Source: Candidatus Bathyarchaeota archaeon (GTDB lineage Archaea > Thermoproteota > Bathyarchaeia > Bathyarchaeales > Bathycorpusculaceae). From it: 64,000 nt of DNA. The stretch spans positions 139,220 through 203,219 of the forward strand of contig CAWGYA010000006.1 of NCBI GenBank assembly GCA_963826715.1, read 5' to 3'. The translations under genes were made by a program, and so were the position numbers. The number at the start of each line of letters is the position of its first letter. The stretch's first letter is position 1. Below the pieces are notes generated by a model. It was not told the origin of the DNA. It was given only the letters and a program-made list of their open reading frames with translations, and ran no database searches. Positions 38,692 to 48,877 of the stretch are shown one piece after another.

Positions 38692-39342
38692 TTGCTGATT
38701 AATGCTGACCTCCACGTGCATACCACCTACTCCAGCGACAGCCTAATCACCCCTAAAGACATAATTTTTTACGCCAAACGCCGAGGCTTAAACGCAATCG
38801 CAGTCACAGACCACAACTACTTAGAGGGCGCCTATAAAATCGCCAAAGAAACCGACTTTTTAATTATCCCCGGCATGGAGGTCTCCAGCGCCGACGGTCA
38901 CATCGTCGCCCTAAACGTATCTGAACTAATCCCAAGGGGTTTAAGCGCCGCTGAAACAGTGGACCGCATTCACAAAGCAGGCGGAGTCGCCATCGCATGC
39001 CACCCCTACGTTTACTTCAAAGGCTGTCTGCGCGAAAAAGTCAGCGCTTACTTCGACGCCATAGAAGTCATCAATGCCCGAGCATTCCCATTTGCGCGCA
39101 GCGTGCGGTTGGCGGAGTCCGAAGCACAAAAATATGGATTACCACGAGTAGCGGGAACTGACGCCCATTATGGACCCCAAATTGGATACGGCTACACCAA
39201 AATCGAAGCAGAAGCCGCCACGGTTGAAGCTGTGGTTAAAGCCATCGCTGAGGGTCGATGCAGCTCTCATGGACAAGCTGTGCCTGCCCTGCTTAATTTT
39301 CAGTTAACTGTCGCCCGGCTGCGTAGATCAATAAAAATTTAG
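38692..39342 (+). CDS. PHP-domain metal-dependent phosphoesterase
   Basis: DLHVHT, VTDH, GME, HP and GTDAH motifs. Confidence 0.9.
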   Translation: MLINADLHVHTTYSSDSLITPKDIIFYAKRRGLNAIAVTDHNYLEGAYKIAKETDFLIIPGMEVSSADGHIVALNVSELIPRGLSAAETVDRIHKAGGVAIACHPYVYFKGCLREKVSAYFDAIEVINARAFPFARSVRLAESEAQKYGLPRVAGTDAHYGPQIGYGYTKIEAEAATVEAVVKAIAEGRCSSHGQAVPALLNFQLTVARLRRSIKI

Positions 39343-39577
39343 GTAAACCGGTATTTGGCTACCCTTCGCACAACCAATATATTTTGCAATTCAATTAGCG
39401 TTGCTTAACGTGCTTTAAGATGAAGACAAAACTTGTGGTTGGCGCAATCGTAATCATCGCCACGCTCATAGGTGTAATTAGCTGGTAATCGTGCTCATGG
39501 TACTCGGCGTAACAATCCTGGTTTTTAGTAGACACTCAAGAGGAAGCGGACGATCAGGCGGCAAATGGTAAAAAAAG

Positions 39578-40345
39578 CTATGGGTTGAGGCGGAAAGAAA
39601 GCATATCTAACCCGATTTTTTTGCCATCCCGCAGCGGATTAACCTTCGAGCCGCCCCTTCTTCGCTCTCGCCAACTAACGGGCACTTCGGTGACAGGGTA
39701 GCCGAGTTTTTTGCATCGCACAATCATTTCGGTGTCAAAGAAGTAGCCGTCGGTTTTCGACTGGCTAAGCACAGCTTGGGCGAGATTGAGGTTCATGGTT
39801 TTAAAGCCGCATTGGTGATCATGGACTCCATCAAAGAAAAGCAGCCGGACAAAAACGTTGAAGGTTAAGCTGAAGAGCGTTCGCGTGGCACAACGCTCTA
39901 CCGATGATCCTGCTATGTGCCGCGAACCGATCGCCATGCCACCCGTTTGTTTAACGACTGCGTAGAGTTTGGGTAGGCAGGCGAGGTCGGTCGCTAAGTC
40001 CACATCCATGAAGGCAACGATTTTGCCGCTAGATGCATTGACGGCTTTTTTGATGGCTTTCCCCTTGCCCAACCGATTAGGTGAATGCAGCAGCAACAAT
40101 GAGGGATTATGTGCGGCCATCTTTGAGACGATTTCATCTGTGCCATCAGTGCTACCATCTTCGGAGACGATGATCTCGTAGGAAACACAGAATTTTTTTA
40201 GCGCCCCCTCCACTTTTTGGATGCACTGCTCAATCTGGGCTGCCTCGTTGTAGGCAGGCAAGAGAATTGAGAACTCCTTTTGGGGAAGCTTGTTATTCAT
40301 GTGGAGTGCACCTGCGGGCTTTGAAAACAAAGGTAACTTAACCAT
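39578..40345 (-). CDS. GT2 polyprenol-phosphate glycosyltransferase (DPG/DPM synthase-like)
   Basis: LPAYNE, EDGSTDG, GKG.A, DVD, GSR and DHQCGFK motifs. Confidence 0.9.
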   Translation of the reverse strand: MVKLPLFSKPAGALHMNNKLPQKEFSILLPAYNEAAQIEQCIQKVEGALKKFCVSYEIIVSEDGSTDGTDEIVSKMAAHNPSLLLLHSPNRLGKGKAIKKAVNASSGKIVAFMDVDLATDLACLPKLYAVVKQTGGMAIGSRHIAGSSVERCATRTLFSLTFNVFVRLLFFDGVHDHQCGFKTMNLNLAQAVLSQSKTDGYFFDTEMIVRCKKLGYPVTEVPVSWRERRRGGSKVNPLRDGKKIGLDMLSFRLNP

Positions 40346-40448
40346 AAATCACTTGCGTATATCAACCCAAAAACCGCATAGGTGCATCTATCGCAAACTC
40401 TTTTTAGAACCAGACACCTATTCTCAACCTAAAAAGGGGTCGCAAACC

Positions 40449-42089
40449 ATCGCCCACCCATCGCACAAAAGCCCACAGTCTAAAAACCGAAGCATACGCT
40501 TCGTCGCCAAGCACAATTACCGATTAGGGCTGCTGGTTTTCCTAATTGTTTTCATTGTTACTGCAAGCTACGGTTTAGGCTACATGTCGGTACAATGGGA
40601 TGAAATGCCGCATCTCTTCGGCGGCACCCTGCTTAGCCGTGGGCAAACGTGGGATTACATGACTACCTACGGATACTATCCACCCATCTTCGACTTAGTT
40701 ACAACAGGGTACTTCCATCTGCTCGGAATAAGTGAGGTTTCAGGGCGACTTGTCGCAGTCACGTTTGCAGCGCTCTCAATTGGACTTCTCTACGAATTCA
40801 CCAAACGCACCTACAACGAAAAACACGCCCTGTTGGCAAGCATATTACTCGGCACGATGCCGGGGTTCGTTTGGCTATCCCGCGTTACCTTGCTAGAAAC
40901 AATGCTCATTTTCTTCTTCACACTGGCCATGTTCGCGTTTTACACTTGGCTAAGCAGAGATAGTAACTACCCCGCATTGATTTTTAGCGGCTTAGCGCTA
41001 GGCATTGGTATCTTAGCTAAGTACCAAATCATTGTTGGCGCCATAGCTATGCTGTTGAGCATCCTGTTTCTAGCTCGAAAACGCCTCAAACTCAACTTAG
41101 CCAAATTCATAGTCATTGTGATCATCGCGGTTTTGGTTGTGGCACCATGGTTTTTGATGATTTATCACTACAACGGCACGACCAAATTTGAAACCCTCCA
41201 GTACGTCATGAGCGAAGGTGGACAGGACCGACCCGCATATAGCAATCGTTTCCAGCCTCTGCCCGTCTACTACCTCGTCGAGATGACCTGGCCCTTCAAC
41301 GACATCCCAGTCCACCCCATTGCGCTGCCCATATTCATTTTGGGACTCTGTGGACTTGGTTTATTTGCGTATCGCCGCAGTAGACAAGACATTTTCTTTT
41401 TGACATGGTTTTTGGTGGTTTACGCCTTTTTCACGTTGATTCCTAATAGGCAGTGGCGGTATGTAACCCCACTTTTTCCAATTCTTGCCATTGCAGCGAC
41501 ATGTTTTGTGATATTTCTCTATGGCAAAATCAAATACTGGCGACCTCAAATGCCTAATTATAAGGAGGCGCGGATCAAAAAGTTTACAGCAGCAATCTTC
41601 ATCGCTATAATCGCCTGCGCCGTTGCCTACAGCAGCTACGAAGCCTACCAGATGACGGAACGCGACCAAATTCACATTCCCGTGAAAGAAGCCACCAATT
41701 ATCTTGCAGACAACTTAGGACCCAATGAGTCAGCGGTGCTTGTTTGCTCGTTTAACCTTCTCAGTCAGGATATGTTCCGCTTCTATTTGCCAGCGAACAT
41801 AAGTAGCCAGCAGATTTGGCAGTATCCCGCCTTGGCAGTGGATGCGTTCACTCCAGACTTTAATATAGACGAGTTTGTGCAGCTATGTATGGACCGCCAC
41901 GTAAAATACATCATCCTCTTCGACTACGGTGTGCACACAAAATTCTTCAACACCACCTTGGACTATACACAGGTGGAAACCATGATTTATAACACGGGCA
42001 GATTCGGCGACCCCAACGACCAGCCGTTCTGGGGCGACTTCTACGGCAACATGGGATACCGCATCTTTCTAGTACGTTTTCTGGGATAA
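40449..42089 (+). CDS. GT-C glycosyltransferase (ArnT/PMT, GT39-like)
   Basis: WDE..H, YYPP, GRL, LAKY, PW and RY motifs; many TM. Start uncertain: the ORF-track start at 40290 overlaps the divergent gene, and an SD-preceded ATC lies at 40449. Confidence 0.8.
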   Translation: MAHPSHKSPQSKNRSIRFVAKHNYRLGLLVFLIVFIVTASYGLGYMSVQWDEMPHLFGGTLLSRGQTWDYMTTYGYYPPIFDLVTTGYFHLLGISEVSGRLVAVTFAALSIGLLYEFTKRTYNEKHALLASILLGTMPGFVWLSRVTLLETMLIFFFTLAMFAFYTWLSRDSNYPALIFSGLALGIGILAKYQIIVGAIAMLLSILFLARKRLKLNLAKFIVIVIIAVLVVAPWFLMIYHYNGTTKFETLQYVMSEGGQDRPAYSNRFQPLPVYYLVEMTWPFNDIPVHPIALPIFILGLCGLGLFAYRRSRQDIFFLTWFLVVYAFFTLIPNRQWRYVTPLFPILAIAATCFVIFLYGKIKYWRPQMPNYKEARIKKFTAAIFIAIIACAVAYSSYEAYQMTERDQIHIPVKEATNYLADNLGPNESAVLVCSFNLLSQDMFRFYLPANISSQQIWQYPALAVDAFTPDFNIDEFVQLCMDRHVKYIILFDYGVHTKFFNTTLDYTQVETMIYNTGRFGDPNDQPFWGDFYGNMGYRIFLVRFLG

Positions 42090-42090
42090 A

Positions 42091-42534
42091 TTAGCATTCA
42101 AGTAGCACAAAGCCAGTTTCTTTATTCTTCTGCCGCAAAGCTGAGCCGCCCTGTAACTCTAAAATGACGACCTCACCTATTTGCCACACATCCACACCCA
42201 TCCGGACACATCCTGTAACTGTGGAGTTATTTCTACCGAAACTCGCATGCATATGCAACTTAGGCACGTTCGATTCATCAGTAAATATAGTGCCTACTCC
42301 GACACCTTCATGAACTCCCTTCATAAGCGTCATCATCGGCTGCGGAGGCAGCTCTTTCCCGTCTCTAGGACCCACTACCACTTTACTTTGGTCCTCAGCT
42401 CCACCTAAAAAAAAGCACAATGCACTTCTAACTTGTTTTTCCGCTGCGAATTTTTCGATGACTTCGTCGAGCCGTTCGTTTTGGTGGAGCCTCAGAATAA
42501 AAGCCCTCCCAAGGATTGCTTCGGTATAATCCAT
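42091..42534 (-). CDS. PPC/DUF296 domain protein
   Basis: LRL, GTI and P.LHMHASFG motifs. Confidence 0.85.
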   Translation of the reverse strand: MDYTEAILGRAFILRLHQNERLDEVIEKFAAEKQVRSALCFFLGGAEDQSKVVVGPRDGKELPPQPMMTLMKGVHEGVGVGTIFTDESNVPKLHMHASFGRNNSTVTGCVRMGVDVWQIGEVVILELQGGSALRQKNKETGFVLLEC

Positions 42535-42898
42535 GATAATCGTCTATAGTTAGAAGGATAAGGGAACTATAAAAGAATTCAAGTGGAAAGCAACTGATAA
42601 TTAACGTGATGATTGCGTAATGACCGCTACTGGACCTAAACAATAGATTTCTAAAAAGAGAATCCGCTAAGAAAAAAAGAAGAGACTAATGGCATCTTGT
42701 TCTCAGACCCCCAAAAGTCTAAGGGTATTTAGAACTCAGTTTGAGCTGTAACTTAATATGAAAAAATTGATCAAATGAAGAGCAACAGGGTATATGTTTA
42801 CCAAATAATCATTGATCAGTATTAAAACGTCAAAGAAAGCTAAAAAGTATTTGCAAACTTAAACCTCGATGGTCAAACACTAACTAAAATAAACATTC

Positions 42899-43492
42899 TC
42901 AGTGTCTAAAACGATCGTTTTTCCACACATCAGCACTATGGCTGTAACCTCGGCGCTCCCAAAATCCAAGTTCCATAGCCCGCATAAATCGTAGTCGCTC
43001 CACCCACAGCGCACTCTTGTAAGCGTACTTGGCGGGTACAATGAGACGAACGGGAAAGCCGTAACCAACTTCGAGAGATTCACCATTAAGTTTATGGGCT
43101 AAGAGCACATCATCGCCGCTAAGCTCTTCGCGAAAAAGCGAGGTGGTATAGCTGTCAGCGCACTCAAAGCTTACAGCTTGAGTAATGTAACGAGGCTTGA
43201 CGAGGGTTTCAATATCTCGGATAAGCACACCCTCCCATCGGCAATCCATAACGCTCCAGCCCTCGACACAATGAAAATCGCTGACTGACACATTTTGAGG
43301 TAGCGCAAGGAATTCTTTCCAGCCAAGTTTCACCGGATTGTCTACCTCACCGTCAACGATCAAAGTGTAGGTTTCCAGTCTCAATTTTGGGTTGACGCTG
43401 GTAATGCCAGGATGATCAATTCCCCAACGTAGGATACGATCAATTGCAGATTGGTCAGGCGGCAACCTACGCTTCGGTTTTGACAAAATCAT
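42899..43492 (-). CDS. Molybdopterin-dependent oxidoreductase (sulfite oxidase-like)
   Basis: DFHCVEGWS, GFPVRL, YKSA.W and GFWE.RGY motifs. Confidence 0.9.
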   Translation of the reverse strand: MILSKPKRRLPPDQSAIDRILRWGIDHPGITSVNPKLRLETYTLIVDGEVDNPVKLGWKEFLALPQNVSVSDFHCVEGWSVMDCRWEGVLIRDIETLVKPRYITQAVSFECADSYTTSLFREELSGDDVLLAHKLNGESLEVGYGFPVRLIVPAKYAYKSALWVERLRFMRAMELGFWERRGYSHSADVWKNDRFRH

Positions 43493-43834
43493 CCCTAAAC
43501 TACTGTGTGGACGGAAAAAGAAAAACTTTTTGAAAACTACAACATGTTTTTTGAAAAACTTTTAACCATCAGCTGTTTCTGGTACCAATTATTCCATTCA
43601 TTAACTATTTTGTCAAAATGAGTCTATCTCTTCGTTATAGATCCTGTTTGTATGCAAGTTCCATCCGATGTGCATTAAGGAAGCCTCAGGAAAATATTTG
43701 GCAAAAAACAATATTTAGCTAACAACCAGTATATCCTTAGAAAAAATGCGCTTCAATTTTGTTTACAGTCTTATTTCAAGGCTAAACCTTGAACACTTTA
43801 CGTTTTAAGATTTTCACATTAACACATAGCAGAC

Positions 43835-44938
43835 TTACTCAGAACTGAAAAAGCTCATCAGCGACTTCTGATTGGGCTCTTCACGGCTAAAACCCGAAAC
43901 CTTCACACCCACACGACGGATTTCACTCGGGGATTCCGCCAAAAACTTTTCTATGAGTGCCTTCACGTTGCGGAGTATGGCTTCTTTGTCTTTGGTAGGT
44001 TGCTCAAGAGTGACGCTACGAGTTTTGCTGGATAAATCAACGTTCACCACGTAAATGGTTACTGTTTTGTAGCTATACCCTTTAGTCGAGACTTCCATGA
44101 AAACATGCTCGATTAATTCGACAGCCTTCTGCAAAATAAAATCAAAGTCATGGCTATCATGCTTCAGAGTGCCGATTTTGCTGATTGACTCCGCCGCGCC
44201 CTGTTCCACGACGGGTGCATTGTCGATCGCGTTGGCGGCATTGAAGAAATAAATGCCCGACACCTTGCCAAAGACCTCAATGAGCCGCTGACAGTCGTAT
44301 TTAGCGAGATCCCCGATAGTTTTAATCCCCATCTGCTCCATGCGCACTCTGGTCTTCTTGCCTACCCCCATCAGACAGTCAACGGCAAGCGGTCTTAGAA
44401 ATGGCTTTGCGTCCTCTGGTAAAACGATAGTTAAACCGTCTGGTTTCTGGTTATCGCAGGCGATTTTCGCTACCAGCTTGTTGGGTCCGATACCAATCGT
44501 GAAGGAGATTCCTACTTGCTCCTTAACATCAGCCTTAATTTTCTGGGCGTAGCTGCGTGATTTTTCAAAACTGCCATCTACCTGCTCAGTCACATCCAGA
44601 TAAGCCTCGTCGATACTGACTTGCTCGATAGAGGTGGCGTAGCTACGGAAAATCGCCATGATACGACTACTAATTTGCTCATAATACTGATGGTCCACGT
44701 GATAGAAAACGGCGTCAGTGCCCTCAAGTTTACGTTTTGCCATAAACAGAGGTAACCCGGATTTGACACCATACTCGCGGGCGATGTAGTTGCTTGTGGA
44801 GACTGCACCACTGTCTTCAGTGCGCCCCGAGTATACCCCCACCACGATTGGTTTGTCCTTTATTTCGGGGTGACGCAGTTCCTCGCATTGCGCAAAAAAG
44901 TAATCAAAATCAGCTAGCATAATCACCCGATTCTGCAT
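43835..44938 (-). CDS. dinB: Y-family DNA polymerase IV
   Basis: DFDYFFAQ, NY.AR.YGV, SIDEAYLD, KPDG and GVGKKT motifs. Confidence 0.95.
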   Translation of the reverse strand: MQNRVIMLADFDYFFAQCEELRHPEIKDKPIVVGVYSGRTEDSGAVSTSNYIAREYGVKSGLPLFMAKRKLEGTDAVFYHVDHQYYEQISSRIMAIFRSYATSIEQVSIDEAYLDVTEQVDGSFEKSRSYAQKIKADVKEQVGISFTIGIGPNKLVAKIACDNQKPDGLTIVLPEDAKPFLRPLAVDCLMGVGKKTRVRMEQMGIKTIGDLAKYDCQRLIEVFGKVSGIYFFNAANAIDNAPVVEQGAAESISKIGTLKHDSHDFDFILQKAVELIEHVFMEVSTKGYSYKTVTIYVVNVDLSSKTRSVTLEQPTKDKEAILRNVKALIEKFLAESPSEIRRVGVKVSGFSREEPNQKSLMSFFSSE

Positions 44939-45816
44939 TGCTTACCCTCCTTTTCATTGGGCATAAGCCACGAACCGTCACATGGCGCCGTGTTAAGCTG
45001 CTTTAATCCCTCTCTGCAGACACCAAATTTCATGCCATTAGCGTCAACCAAATCCCTTACTTTCTTTAGGAGCTCAAAACGATAGTTCTTTGGTAACAGC
45101 ACGCTGCCACCAACTCGTTCGCCTTGCCCAAAATACAACGGCTTAAGAATCATCGACTGATGAGGGAAGATTTGGACAATGCGTGCCCAGTTGTCAGGTT
45201 TTGCCTTATAAGTTGAAGCAGTTATGTGTTTAACGCCGATGCTTGCAAGTTTTGCAATGAGTTTTTGTGGTTGGTCATTGATGTTTGGAATTATTGGGTC
45301 TATGCGAACTAATACAGGTACTCCTTTGGTGATTAGATCCCGAGCTGCCCTTATGCGTTGGTTAGGCGATGGTGCGAAGGGTTCAAGTTTTCGGGCGAGC
45401 TCATCTTCGTCTGTGGTTATAGTAAACGCGACAGTTGCGGGTACCCTACTGAGTAAATCGTCATCTCGGCTTACAAGGTTGCTCTTCGTAATAATTTGAA
45501 TTTTACAATTACTCTCAACCAAAATCTCCAAACAGCGCCTTGTTAATCCCAGTGATGCTTCAATACGCGGATAAGGGTCCGAGGAATTGCAAAGCGAAAT
45601 TGTCTCGCCATTAAGTTTAGCGGCCTCATGCTTTAGTGTGTGGAGAACCTCTTTTTTGGGGTGAATATCCTTGAAGTTTGGAATATAACTTGACGCATAA
45701 CAGTATAGACACTGATGGTCGCAGCCCGTGTAAGGATTAAAAGTCAGCTTAGGAAGGCAAGTGCAAAGGCCAGCACGCCACGGGTCAAAGGTTGAAATCA
45801 GAGGCACCGGATTCAC
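44923..45816 (-). CDS. Radical SAM protein, SplB/spore photoproduct lyase-like
   Basis: NPYTGCDHQCLYCYA, SDPY, ITKS and LEP motifs; overlaps the dinB start. Confidence 0.85.
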   Translation of the reverse strand: MNPVPLISTFDPWRAGLCTCLPKLTFNPYTGCDHQCLYCYASSYIPNFKDIHPKKEVLHTLKHEAAKLNGETISLCNSSDPYPRIEASLGLTRRCLEILVESNCKIQIITKSNLVSRDDDLLSRVPATVAFTITTDEDELARKLEPFAPSPNQRIRAARDLITKGVPVLVRIDPIIPNINDQPQKLIAKLASIGVKHITASTYKAKPDNWARIVQIFPHQSMILKPLYFGQGERVGGSVLLPKNYRFELLKKVRDLVDANGMKFGVCREGLKQLNTAPCDGSWLMPNEKEGKQCRIG

Positions 45817-45868
45817 AGCTGAATATATTCAGATAGAAGGAAAAAAGGATTCGCTTGAGCTTTTTACT

Positions 45869-45947
45869 TTAGTCAAGAAATCTTGTGAAGAAAGCTAAAA
45901 GTTAGTCAAGAAACCTGGACTAAGCTTAGTCAACAAACCTTGACAAA
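45869..45947. repeat. Three imperfect copies of the 22-bp palindrome TTAGTCAAG-N4-CTTGACTAA
   Basis: TTAGTCAAGAAATCTTGTGAAG (45869), TTAGTCAAGAAACCTGGACTAA (45902) and TTAGTCAACAAACCTTGACAAA (45926). Confidence 0.8.
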
Positions 45948-46200
45948 AATGCTTTTACTGCATAAAATGGAAGCAGATTAATGTGAGAAATATGGCCACA
46001 AACCACTATGTGATCAACCATAGACTTATCTTGCGGATACAAAAGAAGGGGCGCATTCTCTGCTTGATTTGCCATAAACCCATCCTTGAGGGACAAAGGG
46101 TTGCATGCCGAAAAGCTACAGCGGTTAGACATGAAGAATGCTATCAACGGTCATTCGTTTAGAGAAAACCACACCTTTTTCTTTAATCCGACAGAATATG

Positions 46201-48165
46201 CTATTTGATCCGTTCCAGTCGAAGCGTATTTAGAAGTAATAACAGAGTTACACCATCATCCCCTGATGCCACTGTGAACCAAAGCGGAGTCAAACCCAAG
46301 AGACCTAGCGTGCCCAAAATTAGCTTAACCACAAGAGAGGCAGCAATATTTTGTTTAGCAATCACCATAGTTTTTTTGCTGAGTTTTAACAGATATGGAA
46401 TCTGAACCAACTGATCTTTAACCAGCACCACATCTGCCGATTCCAACGCAACATCAGCTCCCCTTGCACCCAACGCTATGCCCACATCCGACGCGGCTAA
46501 CGCTGGTGCATCATTAACACCATCGCCCACCATAGCCACCAAACCATTTTTACCCTTCATTTCATCAATACACTGAAGCTTATCCTCAGGGAACAGCCCC
46601 GCATGTACATCATCTATCCCAAGGAATTTTGCAGTGTCTTCGGCTATGGCTTGATTGTCGCCTGTTAAAATAGAAGTTTTGATTTGCTGATCTTTGAGTT
46701 GATGAATCGCCGACAAGGCGTCTTCGCGCACCTCATCAACCACACAAACCGCCGCCAAACCTACCTTGCCAACTGAGACGCAAACAGCGGTATGGATATC
46801 ACCCGATGTGATTTCAAAGGCTTGAGTGCAGTTACAACCTAGTTCCCGCATGAATTCAAGGTTACCGATAGCGACATGCTTGTCGTTTACTAAACCTGCG
46901 ATACCTTTACCGGGGACCTCAACGACATCTGTAACAGTTAACTTGCTTAAGTCGATTCCCCGCTGAGTTGCCCGACGCACAATCGCCTGCGCAATCGGAT
47001 GATTAGAAAACTGGTCTAGAGCTGCAGCATACATTATTGGCTCATCCTCAGCTCGTGAAATATCAACCCTCCGCACCTCATGCACCACTTGCCTCCCAAG
47101 GGTAAGCGTTCCAGTTTTATCGAAAACCACATGCTTGACTTGGGCGAGTTTCTCTATGAAAACTCCACCTTTAACGATTATGCCTCGCTTTGCTGCGATG
47201 GTTATAGCAATGAATACAGTGGCGGGAACCGAAATGATAAACGCGCTTGGGCAAGAAACCACCAACAGAATCAGCGATCGATAAAACCACGTCTGGAAAG
47301 TGCCTCCAACCAAAAATGGCATTGCCCCAGCTGTGAAGATCGCGAGCAAAACCACGATGGGTACATAGACTCTAGCAAAACGGTCCACCAGCCTCTCTAT
47401 ACTGGCTTTGCGTTTCTGCGACTCCACGACGAGCTGCACGATGCGGGAAACCAATGTTTCAGAAGATTTTTTTGTGACTTCAATTTTGAGTAGACCTCCT
47501 GTGTTCAAGGTGCCAGCGTAAACGCAATCGTTGATTTTTTTAGGCACAGGCACTGACTCCCCCGTCACCAAAGCCTGATCCACGTGAGAGAAGCCTTCAA
47601 CAACGTTACCATCGAGCGGGACGCGTTCACCGGGTTTCACAAGTACCGTTACGCCTACTTCGACTTCGCCAACGTTAACGCTATACTCTTTGGCATCGCT
47701 CCCGATTACCCGAGCTTTTTCGGGGATAATTTTGCTGATTTTTTCTACAGTACGTTTGGCGCGGTTTTGGATATAGCCTTCAAAGTATTCGGCTAAGCTG
47801 TAAAGGAACAGTACCGTAGCTGCTTCAAAGCGGTAATCCAGCGCCAACGCACCTAAGCCTGCAACTGCCATAAGAAACTCGACGCTAAATTGGCGTTTAA
47901 CAATGAGTTCTTTTAGGCCAATCACGCCAATATAGGTGGATGCAGTTACAATAGCACTATAATAGAGAATCATAGAAACTGAAACGGAGATATTAAGAAA
48001 GGGTACCATGAAGCCAAGACTGATTCCATCTGCGAAGAGATCCAGCGCGCCTGCAACTGCTATGGTTATACCTAGCCAAACGGTAAATGCAACTAACACA
48101 CGTTTACTTTCTTCTTCGCCCATTACGGTTGTTTCTGTTTCGGGTTTTTCTTCACATGTGCCCAT
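46201..48165 (-). CDS. Heavy-metal translocating P1B-type ATPase (Zn/Cd-like)
   Basis: TGES, SCPSA, DKTGT, HP, TGD and GDGVNDAP motifs; no N-terminal HMA domain. Confidence 0.93.
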   Translation of the reverse strand: MGTCEEKPETETTVMGEEESKRVLVAFTVWLGITIAVAGALDLFADGISLGFMVPFLNISVSVSMILYYSAIVTASTYIGVIGLKELIVKRQFSVEFLMAVAGLGALALDYRFEAATVLFLYSLAEYFEGYIQNRAKRTVEKISKIIPEKARVIGSDAKEYSVNVGEVEVGVTVLVKPGERVPLDGNVVEGFSHVDQALVTGESVPVPKKINDCVYAGTLNTGGLLKIEVTKKSSETLVSRIVQLVVESQKRKASIERLVDRFARVYVPIVVLLAIFTAGAMPFLVGGTFQTWFYRSLILLVVSCPSAFIISVPATVFIAITIAAKRGIIVKGGVFIEKLAQVKHVVFDKTGTLTLGRQVVHEVRRVDISRAEDEPIMYAAALDQFSNHPIAQAIVRRATQRGIDLSKLTVTDVVEVPGKGIAGLVNDKHVAIGNLEFMRELGCNCTQAFEITSGDIHTAVCVSVGKVGLAAVCVVDEVREDALSAIHQLKDQQIKTSILTGDNQAIAEDTAKFLGIDDVHAGLFPEDKLQCIDEMKGKNGLVAMVGDGVNDAPALAASDVGIALGARGADVALESADVVLVKDQLVQIPYLLKLSKKTMVIAKQNIAASLVVKLILGTLGLLGLTPLWFTVASGDDGVTLLLLLNTLRLERIK

Positions 48166-48877
48166 GGGTATTCCCAGAAGTGTCAAAAATAATTGTCAAT
48201 AAAGAGTAAGGCTTGAAATAAAAGTATGTAGGTACAAGCCCCGGAAAAGTGGTTGTTTAAAGCATGTAATAGTGGCACAATGCTGGGTGACTTAAAAATG
48301 GTTTTTTCTGTCGACAAATTTACATAACAAGCATGTTTCCTACGAAAAAAATAACACAGAAGCAAACTGAAAATATTGACGAGGTAGGTTTCTTTATTGC
48401 GAACGTCACTTTTTAAACATTGTTTCTGCATTTGAGGAGGGTTGTCAAGCATTTTCTTAGAAAAAAGTTACCGAAAGTGACAGTCCGGTTTGATTCGCTA
48501 CAAAAAGTTGTGCATTATTTTTTGTGTTTTTTATGGTGTAAGTCCAATTGATCTCTTCTTTTGAGTTGGTACTTCTAACTCAGAAAGAGGATTTTTTAGT
48601 TGTTTCGGTCCAAGATAGGTGGTGATGACATGATTGGGTTTAAAACATTCTTGTTGAGTTTTTAGTTTATCATGCGTCTTGAGCACTAATTACAATACGC
48701 GATGGTTTTCCAGGTCCAATAAATGTAGGAAAATAATCAACTGCACAGCAAGCCTATATAGATCAAAATATGGAAGCAATTCTATGTTTATCTACCCGTT
48801 TACTATTTTTAGGTCAATGGATGCAGGGAGCCAAAAACGCTGAAACTTTAATAAAGCCAAAACCTCGAATATAGACC

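Noticed and set aside
39420-39570. Tiny hydrophobic ORF pair (MKTKLVVGAIV...)
   Set aside because: Could be a frameshifted small membrane protein, but it is too short to support.
45869-45947. Mini CRISPR array
   Set aside because: Gaps between copies are only 11 and 2 bp, and there are no cas genes; kept as an operator-like repeat.
48670-48790. Minus-strand segment *ACCAVDYFPTFIGPGKPSRIVISA resembling a caspase/legumain-like remnant
   Set aside because: Under 30 codons and bounded by stops; the resemblance could be chance.
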